A DNA stretch of 64,000 nucleotides, from the NCBI RefSeq assembly GCF_009914755.1, contig NC_060925.1, one strand, 5' to 3'. Of this stretch, positions 43,512 to 58,000 are shown piece by piece; within the stretch, counting starts at the first letter, position 1, and the number at the start of each line of letters is the position of its first letter. Source of the DNA: the human T2T-CHM13v2.0 reference genome, Homo sapiens. The notes beneath the pieces are model-generated. The model worked only from the letters and a program-made list of their open reading frames with translations, had not been told where the DNA came from and did not search any database. The translations under genes were made by a program, and so were the position numbers.

Positions 43512-43979
43512 ATGGAATCGTCATCGAATGAATTGAATGCAATCATCGAATGGTCTCGAATGGAATCATCTTCTAATGGAAAGGAATGGAATCATCGCTT
43601 AGAATCGAATGGAATTATCATCGAATGGAATCGAATGGTATCAACACCAAACGGAAAAAAACGGAATTATCGAATGGAATCGAAGAGAATCTTCGAACTG
43701 ACCCGAATGGAATCATCTAATGGAATGGAATGGAATAATCCATGGACTCGAATGCAATCATCATCGAATGGAATCGAATGGAATCATCGAATGGACTCGA
43801 ATGGAATAATCATTGAACGGAATCGAATGGAATCATCATCGGATGGAAACGAATGGAATCATCATCGAATGGAAATGAAAGGAGTCATCATCTAATGGAA
43901 TTGCATGGAATCATCATAAAATGGAATCGAATGGAATCAACATCAAATGGAATCAAATGGAATCATTGAACGGAATTGA

Positions 43980-44594
43980 ATGGAATCGTCATCGAATGAA
44001 TTGACTGCAATCATCGAATGGTCTCGAATGTAATCACATTCTAATGGAAAGGAATGGAATCATCGCATAGAATCGAATGGAATTAACATTGAATGGACTC
44101 CAATGGAATCAACATCAAACGGAATCAAGCGGAATTATCGAATGGAATCGAAGAGAATCATCGAATGGTCTCGAATGGAATCATCTTCTAATGGAAAGGA
44201 ATGGAATCATCGCATAGAATCGAATGGAATTAACATTGAATGGACTCGAATGGAATCAACATCAAATGGAATCAAGCGGAATTATCGAATGAAATCGAAG
44301 AGAATCATCGAATGGACTCGAATGGAATCATCTAATGGAATGGAATGGAATAATCCACGGACTCGAATGCAATCATCATCGTATAGAATCGAATGGAATC
44401 ATCGAATGGACTCGAATGGAATAATCATCGAACGGAAGCGAATGGAATCATCATCGGATGGAAACGAATGGAATCATCATCGAATGGAAATGAAAGGAGT
44501 CATCATCTAATGGAATTGCATGGAATCATCATAAAATGGAATCGAATGGAATCAACATCAAATGGAATCAAATGGAATCATTGAACGGAATTGA
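43980..44594 (+). repeat. Module X, copy 5 (second sublineage, between A and B)
   Basis: taatcacatt at 44031, atcaagcgg twice, ggaagcgaa marker. Confidence 0.88.
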
Positions 44595-47399
44595 ATGGAA
44601 TCGTCATCGAATGAATTGACTGCAATCATCGAATGGTCTCGAATGGAATCATCTTCAAATGGAATGGAATGGAATCATCGCATAGAATCGAATGGAATTA
44701 TCATCGAATGGAATCGAATGGAATCAACATCAAACGGAAAAAAACGGAATTATCGAATGGAATCGAAGAGAATCATCGAATGGACCCGAATGGAATCATC
44801 TAATGGAATGGAATGGAATAATCCATGGACTCGAATGCAATCATCATCGAATGGAATCGAATGGAATCATCGAATGGACTCGAATGGAATAATCATTGAA
44901 GGGAATCGAATGGAATCATCATCGGATGGAAATGAATGGAATCATCATCGAATGGAATCGAATAGAATTATGGAATGAAATCCAGTGTGATCATCTTCGA
45001 ATGGACCCGAATGGAATCATCATCCAACGGAAGCTAATGGAATCAACATCGAATGAATCGAATGGAAACACCATCGAATTGAAACGAATGGAATTATCAT
45101 GAAATTGAAATGGATGGACTCATCATCGGATGGATTCGAATGGAATCATCGAATAAAATTGATTGAAATCATCATCCAATGGAATCGAATGGTATTATTG
45201 AATGGAATCGAATGGAATCATCATCAGATGGAAATGAATGGAATCGTCATAGAATGGAATCGAATGGATTCATTGAATGGAATCAGATGGAATCATCGAA
45301 TGGACTGGAATGGAATCATTGAATGGACTCGAAAGGGATCATGATTGAATGGAATTGAATGGAATCATCGAATGGTCTCGATTGGAATCATTATCAAATG
45401 GAATCGAATGGAATCACCGAATAGAATCGAATGGAACAATCATCGAATGGACTCAAATGGAATTATCCTCAAATGGAATCGAATGGAATTATCGAATGCA
45501 ATCGAATGGAATTATCGAATGCAATCGAATAGAATCATCGAATGGACTCGAATGGAATCATCGAATGGAATGGAATGGAACAGTCAATGAACTCGAATGG
45601 AATCATCATTGAATGGAATCGAATGGAATCATCGAGTGGAATCGAATGGAATTATGATCAAATGCAATCGAATGTAATCCTCATCAAATGGAATCAAAAA
45701 TAACCATCATCAATTGGTATTGAATGGAATTGTCATCAAATGGAATTCAAAGGAATCATCATCAAATGGAACCGAATGGAATCCTCATTGAATGGAAATG
45801 AAAGGGGTCATCATCTAATGGAATCGCATGGAATCATCATCAAATGGAATCGAATGGAATCATCATCAAATGGAATCTAATGGAATCATTGAACAGAATT
45901 GAATGGAATCGTCATCGAATGAATTGAATGCAATCATCGAATGGTCTCGAATGGAATCATCTTCTAATGGAAAGGAATGGAATCATCGCATAGAATCGAA
46001 TGGAATTATCATCGAATGGAATCGAATGGTATCAACACCAAACGGAAAAAAACGGAATTATCGAATGGAATCGAAGAGAATCTTCGAACGGACCCGAATG
46101 GAATCATCTAATGGAATGGAATGGAATAATCCATGGACCCGAATGCAATCATCATCGAATGGAATCGAATGGAATCATCGAATGGACTCGAATGGAATAA
46201 TCATTGAACGGAATCGAATGGAATCATCATCGGATGGAAACGAATGGAATCATCATCGAATGGAAATGAAAGGAGTCATCATCTAATGGAATTGCATGGA
46301 ATCATCATAAAATGGAATCGAATGGAATCAACATCAAATGGAATCAAATGGAATCATTGAACGGAATTGAATGGAATCGTCATCGAATGAATTGACTACA
46401 ATCACCGAATGGTCTCGAATGGAATCATCTTCAAATGGAATGGAATGGAATCATCGCATAGAATCGAATGGAATTATCATCGAATGGAATCGAATGGAAT
46501 CAACATCAAACGGAAAAAAACAGAATTATCGTATGGAATCGAAGAGAATCATCGAATGGACCCGAATGGAATCATCTAATGGAATGGAATGGAATAATCC
46601 ATGGACTCGAATGCAATCATCATCGAATGGAATCGAATGGAATCATCGAATGGACTCGAATGGAATAATCATTGAACGGAATCGAATGGAATCATCATCG
46701 GATGGAAATGAATGGAATCATCATCGAATGGAATCGAATAGAATTATGGAATGAAATCCAGTGTGATCATCATCGAATGGACCCGAATGGAATCATCATC
46801 CAACGGAAGCTAATGGAATCAACATCGAATGAATCGAATGGAAACACCATCGAATTGAACCGAATGGAATTATCATGAAATTGAAATGGATGGACTCATC
46901 ATCGAATGGATTCGAATGGAATCATCGAATAAAATTGATTGAAATCATCATCGAATGGAATCGAATGGTATCATTGAATGGAATCGAATGGAATCATCAT
47001 CAGATGGAAATGAATGGAATCGTCATAGAATGGAATCGAATGGATTCATTGAATGGAATCAGATGGAATCATCGAATGGACTGGAATGGAATCATTGAAT
47101 GGACTCGAAAGGGATCATTATTGAATGGAATTGAATGGAATCATCGAATGGTCTCGATTGGAATCATTATCAAATGGAATCGAATGGAATCACCGAATAG
47201 AATCGAATGGAACAATCATCGAATGGACTCAAATGGAATTATCCTCAAATGGAATGGAATGGAATTATCGAATGCAATCGAATGGAATTATCGAATGCAA
47301 TCGAATAGAATCATCGAATGGACTCGAATGGAATCATCGAATGGAATGGAATGGAACAGTCAATGAACTCGAATGGAATCATCATTGAATGGAATCGAA

Positions 47400-50300
47400 T
47401 GGAATCATCGAGTGGAATCGAATGGAATTATGATCAAATGGAATCGAATGTAATCATCATCAAATGGAATCAAAAATAACCATCATCAATTGGTATTGAA
47501 TGGAATTGTCATCAAATGGAATTCAAAGGAATCATCATCAAATGGAACCGAATGGAATCCTCATTGAATGGAAATGAAAGGGGTCATCATCTAATGGAAT
47601 CGCATGGAATCATCATCAAATGGAATCGAATGGAATCATCATCAAATGGAATCTAATGGAATCATTGAACAGAATTGAATGGAATGGTCATCGAATGAAT
47701 TGAATGCAATCATCGAATGGTCTCGAATGGAATCATCTTCTAATGGAAAGGAATGGAATCATCGCATAGAATCGAATGGAATTATCATCGAATGGAATCG
47801 AATGGTATCAACACCAAACGGAAAAAAACGGAATTATCGAATGGAATCGAAGAGAATCTTCGAACGGACCCGAATGGAATCATCTAATGGAATGGAATGG
47901 AATAATCCATGGACTCGAATGCAATCATCATCGAATGGAATCGAATGGAATCATCGAATGGACTCGAATGGAATAATCATTGAACGGAATCGAATGGAAT
48001 CATCATCGGATGGAAACGAATGGAATCATCATCGAATGGAAATGAAAGGAGTCATCATCTAATGGAATTGCATGGAATCATCATAAAATGGAATCGAGTG
48101 GAATCAACATCAAATGGAATCAAATGGAATCATTGAACGGAATTGAATGGAATCGTCATCGAATGAATTGACTGCAATCATCGAATGGTCTCGGAATCAT
48201 CTTCAAATGGAATGGAATGGAATCATCGCATAGAATCGAATGGAATTATCATCGAATGGAATCGAATGGAATCAACATCAAACGGAAAAAAACGGAATTA
48301 TCGAATGGAATCGAAGAGAATCATCAAATGGACCCGAATGGAATCATCTAATGGAATGGAATGGAATAATCCATGGACTCGAATGCAATCATCATCGAAT
48401 GGAATCGAATGGAATCATCGAATGGACTCGAATGGAATAATCATTGAACGGAATCGAATGGAATCATCATCGGATGGAAATGAATGGAATCATCATCGAA
48501 TGGAATCCAATAGAATTATGGAATGAAATCCAGTGTGATCATCATCGAATGGACCCGAATGGAATCATCATCCAACAGAAGCTAATGGAATCAACATCGA
48601 ATGAATCGAATGGAAACACCATCGAATTGAAACGAATGGAATTATCATGAAATTGAAATGGATGGACTCATCATCGAATGGATTCGAATGGAATCATCGA
48701 ATAAAGTTGATTGAAATCATCATCGAATGGAATCGAATGGTATCATTGAATGGAATCGAATGGAATCATCATCAGATGGAAATGAATGGAATCGTCATAG
48801 AATGGAATCGAATGGATTCATTGAATGGAATCAGATGGAATCATCGAATGGACTGGAATGGAATCATTGAATGGACTCGAAAGGGATCATGATTGAATGG
48901 AATTGAATGGAATCATCGAATGGTCTCGATTGGAATCATTATCAAATGGAATCGAATGGAATCACCGAATAGAATCGAATGGAACAATCATCGAATGGAC
49001 TCAAATGGAATTATCCTCAAATGGAATCGAATGGAATTATCGAATGCAATCGAATGGAATTATCGAATGCAATCGAATAGAATCATCGAATGGACTCGAA
49101 TGGAATCATCGAATGGAATGGAATGGAACAGTCAATGAACACGAATGGAATCATCATTGAATGGAATCGAATGGAATCATCGAGTGGAATCGAATGGAAT
49201 TATGATCAAATGGAATCGAATGTAATCATCATCAAATGGAATCAAAAATAACCATCATCAATTGGTATTGAATGGAATTGTCATCAAATGGAATTCAAAG
49301 GAATCATCATCAAATGGAACCGAATGGAATCCTCATTGAATGGAAATGAAAGGGGTCATCATCTAATGGAATCGCATGGAATCATCACCAAATGGAATCG
49401 AATGGAATCATCATCAAATGGAATCTAATGGAATCATTGAACAGAATTGAATGGAATCGTCATCAAATGAATTGAATGCAATCATCGAATGGTCTCGAAT
49501 GGAATCATCTTCTAATGGAAAGGAATGGAATCATCGCATAGAATCGAATGGAATTATCATCGAATGGAATCGAATGGTATCAACACCAAACGGAAAAAAA
49601 CGGAATTATCGAATGGAATCGAAGAGAATCTTCGAACGGACCCGAATGGAATCATCTAATGGAATGGAATGGAAAAATCCATGGACTCGAATGCAATCAT
49701 CATCGAATGGAATCGAATGGAATCATCGAATGGACTCGAATGGAATAATCATTGAACGGAATCGAATGGAATCATCATCGGATGGAAACGAATGGAATCA
49801 TCATCGAATGGAAATGAAAGGAGTCATCATCTAATGCAATTGCATGGAATCATCATCAAATGGAATCGAATGGAATCAACATCAAATGGAATCTAATGGA
49901 ATCATTGAACAGAATTGAATGGAATCGTCATCGAATGAATTGACTGCAATCATCGAATGGTCTCCAATGGAATCATCTTCAAATGGAATGGAATGGAATC
50001 ATCGCATAGAATCGAATGGAATTATCATCGAATGGAATCGAATGGAATCAACATCAAACGGAAAAAAACGGAATTATCGAATGGAATCGAAGAGAATCAT
50101 CGAATGGACCCGAATGGAATCATCTAATGGAATGGAATGGAATAATCCATGGACTCGAATGCAATCATCATCGAATGGAATCGAATGGAATCATCGAATG
50201 GACTCGAATGGAATAATCATTGAACGGAATCGAATGGAATCATCATCAGATGGAAATGAATGGAATCATCATCGAATGGAATCGAATAGAATTATGGAAT

Positions 50301-53300
50301 GAAATCCAGTGTGATCATCATCGAATGGACCCGAATGGAATCATCATCCAACGGAAGCTAATGGAATCAACATCGAATGAATCAAATGGAAACACCATCG
50401 AATTGAAACGAATGGAATTATCATGAAATTGAAATGGATGGACTCATCATCGAATGGATTCGAATGGAATCATCAAATAAAATTGATTGAAATCATCATC
50501 GAATGGAATCGAATGGTATCATTGAATGGAATCGAATGGAATCATCATCAGATGGAAATGAATGGAATCGTCATAGAATGAAATCGAATGGATTCATTGA
50601 ATGGAATCAGATGGAATCATCGAATGGACTGGAATGGAATCATTGAATGGACTCAAAAGGGATCATGATTGAATGGAATTGAATGGAATCATCGAATGGT
50701 CTCGATTGGAATCATTATCAAATGGAATCGAATGGAATCACCGAATAGAATCGAATGGAACAATCATCGAATGGACTCAAATGGAATTATCCTCAAATGG
50801 AATCGAATGGAATTATCGAATGCAATCGAATGGAATTATCGAATGCAATCGAATAGAATGATCGAATGGACTCGAATGGAATCATCGAATGGAATGCAAT
50901 GGAACAGTCAATGAACTCGAATGGAATCATCATTGAATGGAATCGAATGGAATCATCGATTGGAATCGAATGGAATTATGATCAAATGGAATCGAATGTA
51001 ATCCTCATCAAATGGAATCAAAAATAACCATCATCAATTGGTATTGAATGGAATTGTCATCAAATGGAATTCAAAGGAATCATCATCAAATGGAACCGAA
51101 TGGAATCCTCATTGAATGGAAATGAAAGGGGTCATCATCTAATGGAATCGCATGGAATCATCATCAAATGGAATCGAATGGAATCATCATCAAATGGAAT
51201 CTAATGGAATCATTGAACAGAATTGAATGGAATCGTCATCGAATGAATTGAATGCAATCATCGAATGGTCTCGAATGGAATCATCTTCTAATGGAAAGGA
51301 ATGGAATCATCGCATAGAATCGAATGGAATTATCATCGAATGGAATCGAATGGTATCAACACCAAACGGAAAAAAACGGAATTATCGAATGGAATCGAAG
51401 AGAATCTTCGAACGGACCCGAATGGAATCATCTAATGGAATGGAATGGAATAATCCAGGGACTCGAATGCAATCATCATCGAATGGAATCGAATGGAATC
51501 ATCGAATGGACTCGAATGGAATAATCATTGAACGGAATCGAATGGAATCATCATCGGATGGAAACGAATGGAATCATCATCGAATGGAAATGAAAGGAGT
51601 CATCATCTAATGGAATTGCATGGAATCATCATAAAATGGAATCGAATGGAATCAACATCAAATGGAATCAAATGGAATCATTGAACGGAATTGAATGGAA
51701 TCGTCATCGAATGAATTGACTGCAATCATCCAATGGTCTCGAATGGAATCATCTTCAAATGGAATGGAATGGAATCATCGCATAGAATCGAATGGAATTA
51801 TCATCGAATGGAATCGAATGGAATCAACATCAAACGGAAAAAAACGGAATTATCGAATGGAATCGAAGAGAATCATCGAATGGACCCGAATGGAATCATC
51901 TAATGGAATGGAATGGAATAATCCATGGACTCGAATGCAATCATCATCGAATGGAATCGAATGGAATCATCGAATGGACTCGAATGGAATAATCATTGAA
52001 CGGAATCGAATGGAATCATCATCGGATGGAAATGAATGGAATCATCATCGAATGGAATCGAATAGAATTATGGAATGAAATCCAGTGTGATCATCATCGA
52101 ATGGACCCGAATGGAATCATCATCCAACGGAAGCTAATGGAATCAACATCGAATGAATCGAATGGAAACACCATCGAATTGAAACGAATGGAATTATCAT
52201 GAAATTGAAATGGATGGACTCATCATCGAATGGATTCGAATGGAATGATGGAATAAAATTGATGGAAATCATCATCCAATGGAATCGAATGGTATCATTG
52301 AATGGAATCGAATGGAATCATCATCAGATGGAAATGAATGGAATCGTCATAGAATGGAATCGAATGGATTCATTGAATGGAATCAGATGGAATCATCGAA
52401 TGGACTGGAATGGAATCATTGAATGGACTCGAAAGGGATCATTATTGAATGGAATTGAATGGAATCATCGAATGGTCTCGATTGGAATCATTATCAAATG
52501 GAATCGAATGGAATCACCGAATAGAATCGAATGGAACAATCATCGAATGGACTCAAATGGAATTATCCTCCAATGGAATGTAATGGAATTATCGAATGCA
52601 ATCGAATGGAATTATCGAATGCAATCGAATAGAATCATCGAATGGACTCGAATGGAATCATCGAATGGAATGGAATGGAACAGTCAATGAACTCGAATGG
52701 AATCATCATTGAATGGAATCGAATGGAATCATCGAGTGGAATCGAATGGAATTATGATCAAATGGAATCGAATGTAATCATCATCAAATGGAATCAAAAA
52801 TAACCATCATCAATTGGTATTGAATGGAATTGTCATCAAATGGAATTCAAAGGAATCATCATCAAATGGAACCGAATGGAATCCTCATTGAATGGAAATG
52901 AAAGGGGTCATCATCTAATGGAATCGCATGGAATCATCATCAAATGGAATCGAATGGAATCATCATCAAATGGAATCTAATGGAATCATTGAACAGAATT
53001 GAATGGAATGGTCATCGAATGAATTGAATGCAATCATCGAATGGTCTCGAATGGAATCATCTTCTAATGGAAAGGAATGGAATCATCACATAGAATCGAA
53101 TGGAATTATCATCGAATGGAATCGAATGGTATCAACACCAAACGGAAAAAAACGGAATTATCGAATGGAATCGAAGAGAATCTTCGAACGGACCCGAATG
53201 GAATCATCTAATGGAATGGAATGGAATAATCCATGGACTCGAATGCAATCATCATCGAATGGAATCGAATGGAATCATCGAATGGACTCGAATGGAATAA

Positions 53301-56300
53301 TCATTGAACGGAATCGAATGGAATCATCATCGGATGGAAACGAATGGAATCATCATCGAATGGAAATGAAAGGAGTCATCATCTAATGGAATTGCATGGA
53401 ATCATCATAAAATGGAATCGAGTGGAATCAACATCAAATGGAATCAAATGGAATCATTGAACGGAATTGAATGGAATCGTCATCGAATGAATTGACTGCA
53501 ATCATCGAATGGTCTCGGAATCATCTTCAAATGGAATGGAATGGAATCATCGCATAGAATCGAATGGAATTATCATCGAATGGAATCGAATGGAATCAAC
53601 ATCAAACGGAAAAAAACGGAATTATCGAATGGAATCGAAGAGAATCATCGAATGGACCCGAATGGAATCATCTAATGGAATGGAATGGAATAATCCATGG
53701 ACTCGAATGAAATCATCATCGAATGGAATCGAATGGAATCATCGAATGGACTCGAATGGAATAATCATTGAACGGAATCGAATGGAATCATCATCGGATG
53801 GAAATGAATGGAATCATCATCGAATGGAATCGAATAGAATTATGGAATGAAATCCAGTGTGATCATCATCGAATGGACCCGAATGGAATCATCATCCAAC
53901 GGAAGCTAATGGAATCAACATCGAATGAATCGAATGGAAACACCATCGAATTGAAACGAATGGAATTATCATGAAATTGAAATGGATGGACTCATCATCG
54001 AATGGATTCGAATGGAATCATCGAATAAAGTTGATTGAAATCATCATCGAATGGAATCGAATGGTATCATTGAATGGAATCGAATGGAATCATCATCAGA
54101 TGGAAATGAATGGAATCGTCATAGAATGGAATCGAATGGATTCATTGAATGGAATCAGATGGAATCATCGAATGGACTGGAATGGAATCATTGAATGGAC
54201 TCGAAAGGGATCATGATTGAATGGAATTGAATGGAATCATCGAATGGTCTCGATTGGAATCATTATCAAATGGAATCGAATGGAATCACCGAATAGAATC
54301 GAATGGAACAATCATCGAATGGACTCAAATGGAATTATCCTCAAATGGAATCGAATGGAATTATCGAATGCAATCGAATGGAATTATCGAATGCAATCGA
54401 ATAGAATCATCGAATGGACTCGAATGGAATCATCGAATGGAATGGAATGGAACAGTCAATGAACACGAATGGAATCATCATTGAATGGAATCGAATGGAA
54501 TCATCGAGTGGAATCGAATGGAATTATGATCAAATGGAATCGAATGTAATCATCATCAAATGGAATCAAAAATAACCATCATCAATTGGTATTGAATGGA
54601 ATGGTCATCAAATGGAATTCAAAGGAATCATCATCAAATGGAACCGAATGGAATCCTCATTGAATGGAAATGAAAGGGGTCATCATCTAATGGAATCGCA
54701 TGGAATCATCACCAAATGGAATCGAATGGAATCATCATCAAATGGAATCTAATGGAATCATTGAACAGAATTGAATGGAATCGTCATCAAATGAATTGAA
54801 TGCAATCATCGAATGGTCTCGAATGGAATCATCTTCTAATGGAAAGGAATGGAATCATCGCATAGAATCGAATGGAATTATCATCGAATGGAATCGAATG
54901 GTATCAACACCAAACGGAAAAAAACGGAATTATCGAATGGAATCGAAGAGAATCTTCGAACGGACCCGAATGGAATCATCTAATGGAATGGAATGGAAAA
55001 ATCCATGGACTCGAATGCAATCATCATCGAATGGACTCGAATGGAATAATCATTGAACGGAATCGAATGGAATCATCATCGGATGGAAACGAATGGAATC
55101 ATCATCGAATGGAAATGAAAGGAGTCATCATCTAATGCAATTGCATGGAATCATCATCAAATGGAATCGAATGGAATCAACATCAAATGGAATCTAATGG
55201 AATCATTGAACAGAATTGAATGGAATCGTCATCGAATGAATTGACTGCAATCATCGAATGGTCTCCAATGGAATCATCTTCAAATGGAATGGAATGGAAT
55301 CATCGCATAGAATCGAATGGAATTATCATCGAATGGAATCGAATGGAATCAACATCAAACGGAAAAAAACGGAATTATCGAATGGAATCGAAGAGAATCA
55401 TCGAATGGACCCGAATGGAATCATCTAATGGAATGGAATGGAATAATCCATGGACTCGAATGCAATCATCATCGAATGGAATCGAATGTAATCATCGAAT
55501 GGACTCGAATGGAATAATCATTGAACGGAATCGAATGGAATCATCATCGGATGGAAATGAATGGAATCATCATCGAATGGAATCGAATAGAATTATGGAA
55601 TGAAATCCAGTGTGATCATCATCGAATGGACCCGAATGGAATCATCATCCAACGGAAGCTAATGGAATCAACATCGAATGAATCAAATGGAAACACCATC
55701 GAATTGAAACGAATGGAATTATCATGAAATTGAAATGGATGGACTCATCATCGAATGGATTCGAATGGAATCATCAAATAAAATTGATTGAAATCATCAT
55801 CGAATGGAATCGAATGGTATCATTGAATGGAATCGAATGGAATCATCATCAGATGGAAATGAATGGAATCGTCATAGAATGAAATCGAATGGATTCATTG
55901 AATGGAATCAGATGGAATCATCGAATGGACTGGAATGGAATCATTGAATGGACTCAAAAGGGATCATGATTGAATGGAATTGAATGGAATCATCGAATGG
56001 TCTCGATTGGAATCATTATCAAATGGAATCGAATGGAATCACCGAATAGAATCGAATGGAACAATCATCGAATGGACTCAAATGGAATTATCCTCAAATG
56101 GAATCGAATGGAATTATCGAATGCAATCGAATGGAATTATCGAATGCAATCGAATAGAATGATCGAATGGACTCGAATGGAATCATCGAATGGAATGCAA
56201 TGGAACAGTCAATGAACTCGAATGGAATCATCATTGAATGGAATCGAATGGAATCATCGATTGGAATCGAATGGAATTATGATCAAATGGAATCGAATGT

Positions 56301-58000
56301 AATCCTCATCAAATGGAATCAAAAATAACCATCATCAATTGGTATTGAATGGAATTGTCATCAAATGGAATTCAAAGGAATCATCATCAAATGGAACCGA
56401 ATGGAATCCTCATTGAATGGAAATGAAAGGGGTCATCATCTAATGGAATCGCATGGAATCATCATCAAATGGAATCGAATGGAATCATCATCAAATGGAA
56501 TCTAATGGAATCATTGAACAGAATTGAATGGAATCGTCATCGAATGAATTGAATGCAATCATCGAATGGTCTCGAATGGAATCATCTTCTAATGGAAAGG
56601 AATGGAATCATCGCATAGAATCGAATGGAATTATCATCGAATGGAATCGAATGGTATCAACACCAAACGGAAAAAAACGGAATTATCGAATGGAATCGAA
56701 GAGAATCTTCGAACGGACCCGAATGGAATCATCTAATGGAATGGAATGGAATAATCCATGGACTCGAATGCAATCATCATCGAATGGAATCGAATGGAAT
56801 CATCGAATGGACTCGAATGGAATAATCATTGAACGGAATCGAATGGAATCATCATCGGATGGAAACGAATGGAATCATCATCGAATGGAAATGAAAGGAG
56901 TCATCATCTAATGGAATTGCATGGAATCATCATAAAATGGAATCGAATGGAATCAACATCAAATGGAATCAAATGGAATCATTGAACGGAATTGAATGGA
57001 ATCGTCATCGAATGAATTGACTGCAATCATCCAATGGTCTCGAATGGAATCATCTTCAAATGGAATGGAATGGAATCATCGCATAGAATCGAATGGAATT
57101 ATCATCGAATGGAATCGAATGGAATCAACATCAAACGGAAAAAAACGGAATTATCGAATGGAATCGAAGAGAATCATCGAATGGACCCGAATGGAATCAT
57201 CTAATGGAATGGAATGGAATAATCCATGGACTCGAATGCAATCATCATCGAATGGAATCGAATGGAATCATCGAATGGACTCGAATGGAATAATCATTGA
57301 ACGGAATCGAATGGAATCATCATCGGATGGAAATGAATGGAATCATCATCGAATGGAATCGAATAGAATTATGGAATGAAATCCAGTGTGATCATCATCG
57401 AATGGACCCGAATGGAATCATCATCCAACGGAAGCTAATGGAATCAACATCGAATGAATCGAATGGAAACACCATCGAATTGAAACGAATGGAATTATCA
57501 TGAAATTGAAATGGATGGACTCATCATCGAATGGATTCGAATGGAATCATGGAATAAAATTGATGGAAATCATCATCCAATGGAATCGAATGGTATCATT
57601 GAATGGAATCGAATGGAATCATCATCAGATGGAAATGAATGGAATCGTCATAGAATGGAATCGAATGGATTCATTGAATGGAATCAGATGGAATCATCGA
57701 ATGGACTGGAATGGAATCATTGAATGGACTCGAAAGGGATCATTATTGAATGGAATTGAATGGAATCATCGAATGGTCTCGATTGGAATCATTATCAAAT
57801 GGAATCGAATGGAATCACCGAATAGAATCGAATGGAACAATCATCGAATGGACTCAAATGGAATTATCCTCCAATGGAATGTAATGGAATTATCGAATGC
57901 AATCGAATGGAATTATCGAATGCAATCGAATAGAATCATCGAATGGACTCGAAAGGAATCATGGAATGGAATGGAATGGAACAGTCAATGAACTCGAATG
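47400..58000 (+). repeat. Three-unit tandem duplication, period 5324 bp (5301 bp after a 23-bp deletion at ~55035)
   Basis: Paired private variants: ggaatggtca (~47696/53020), 4-bp deletion tggtctcggaatc (~48192/53516), ataaagttga, ggaaaaatcc, tctccaatgg, agaatgatcg, gatggaaatc. Confidence 0.85.
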
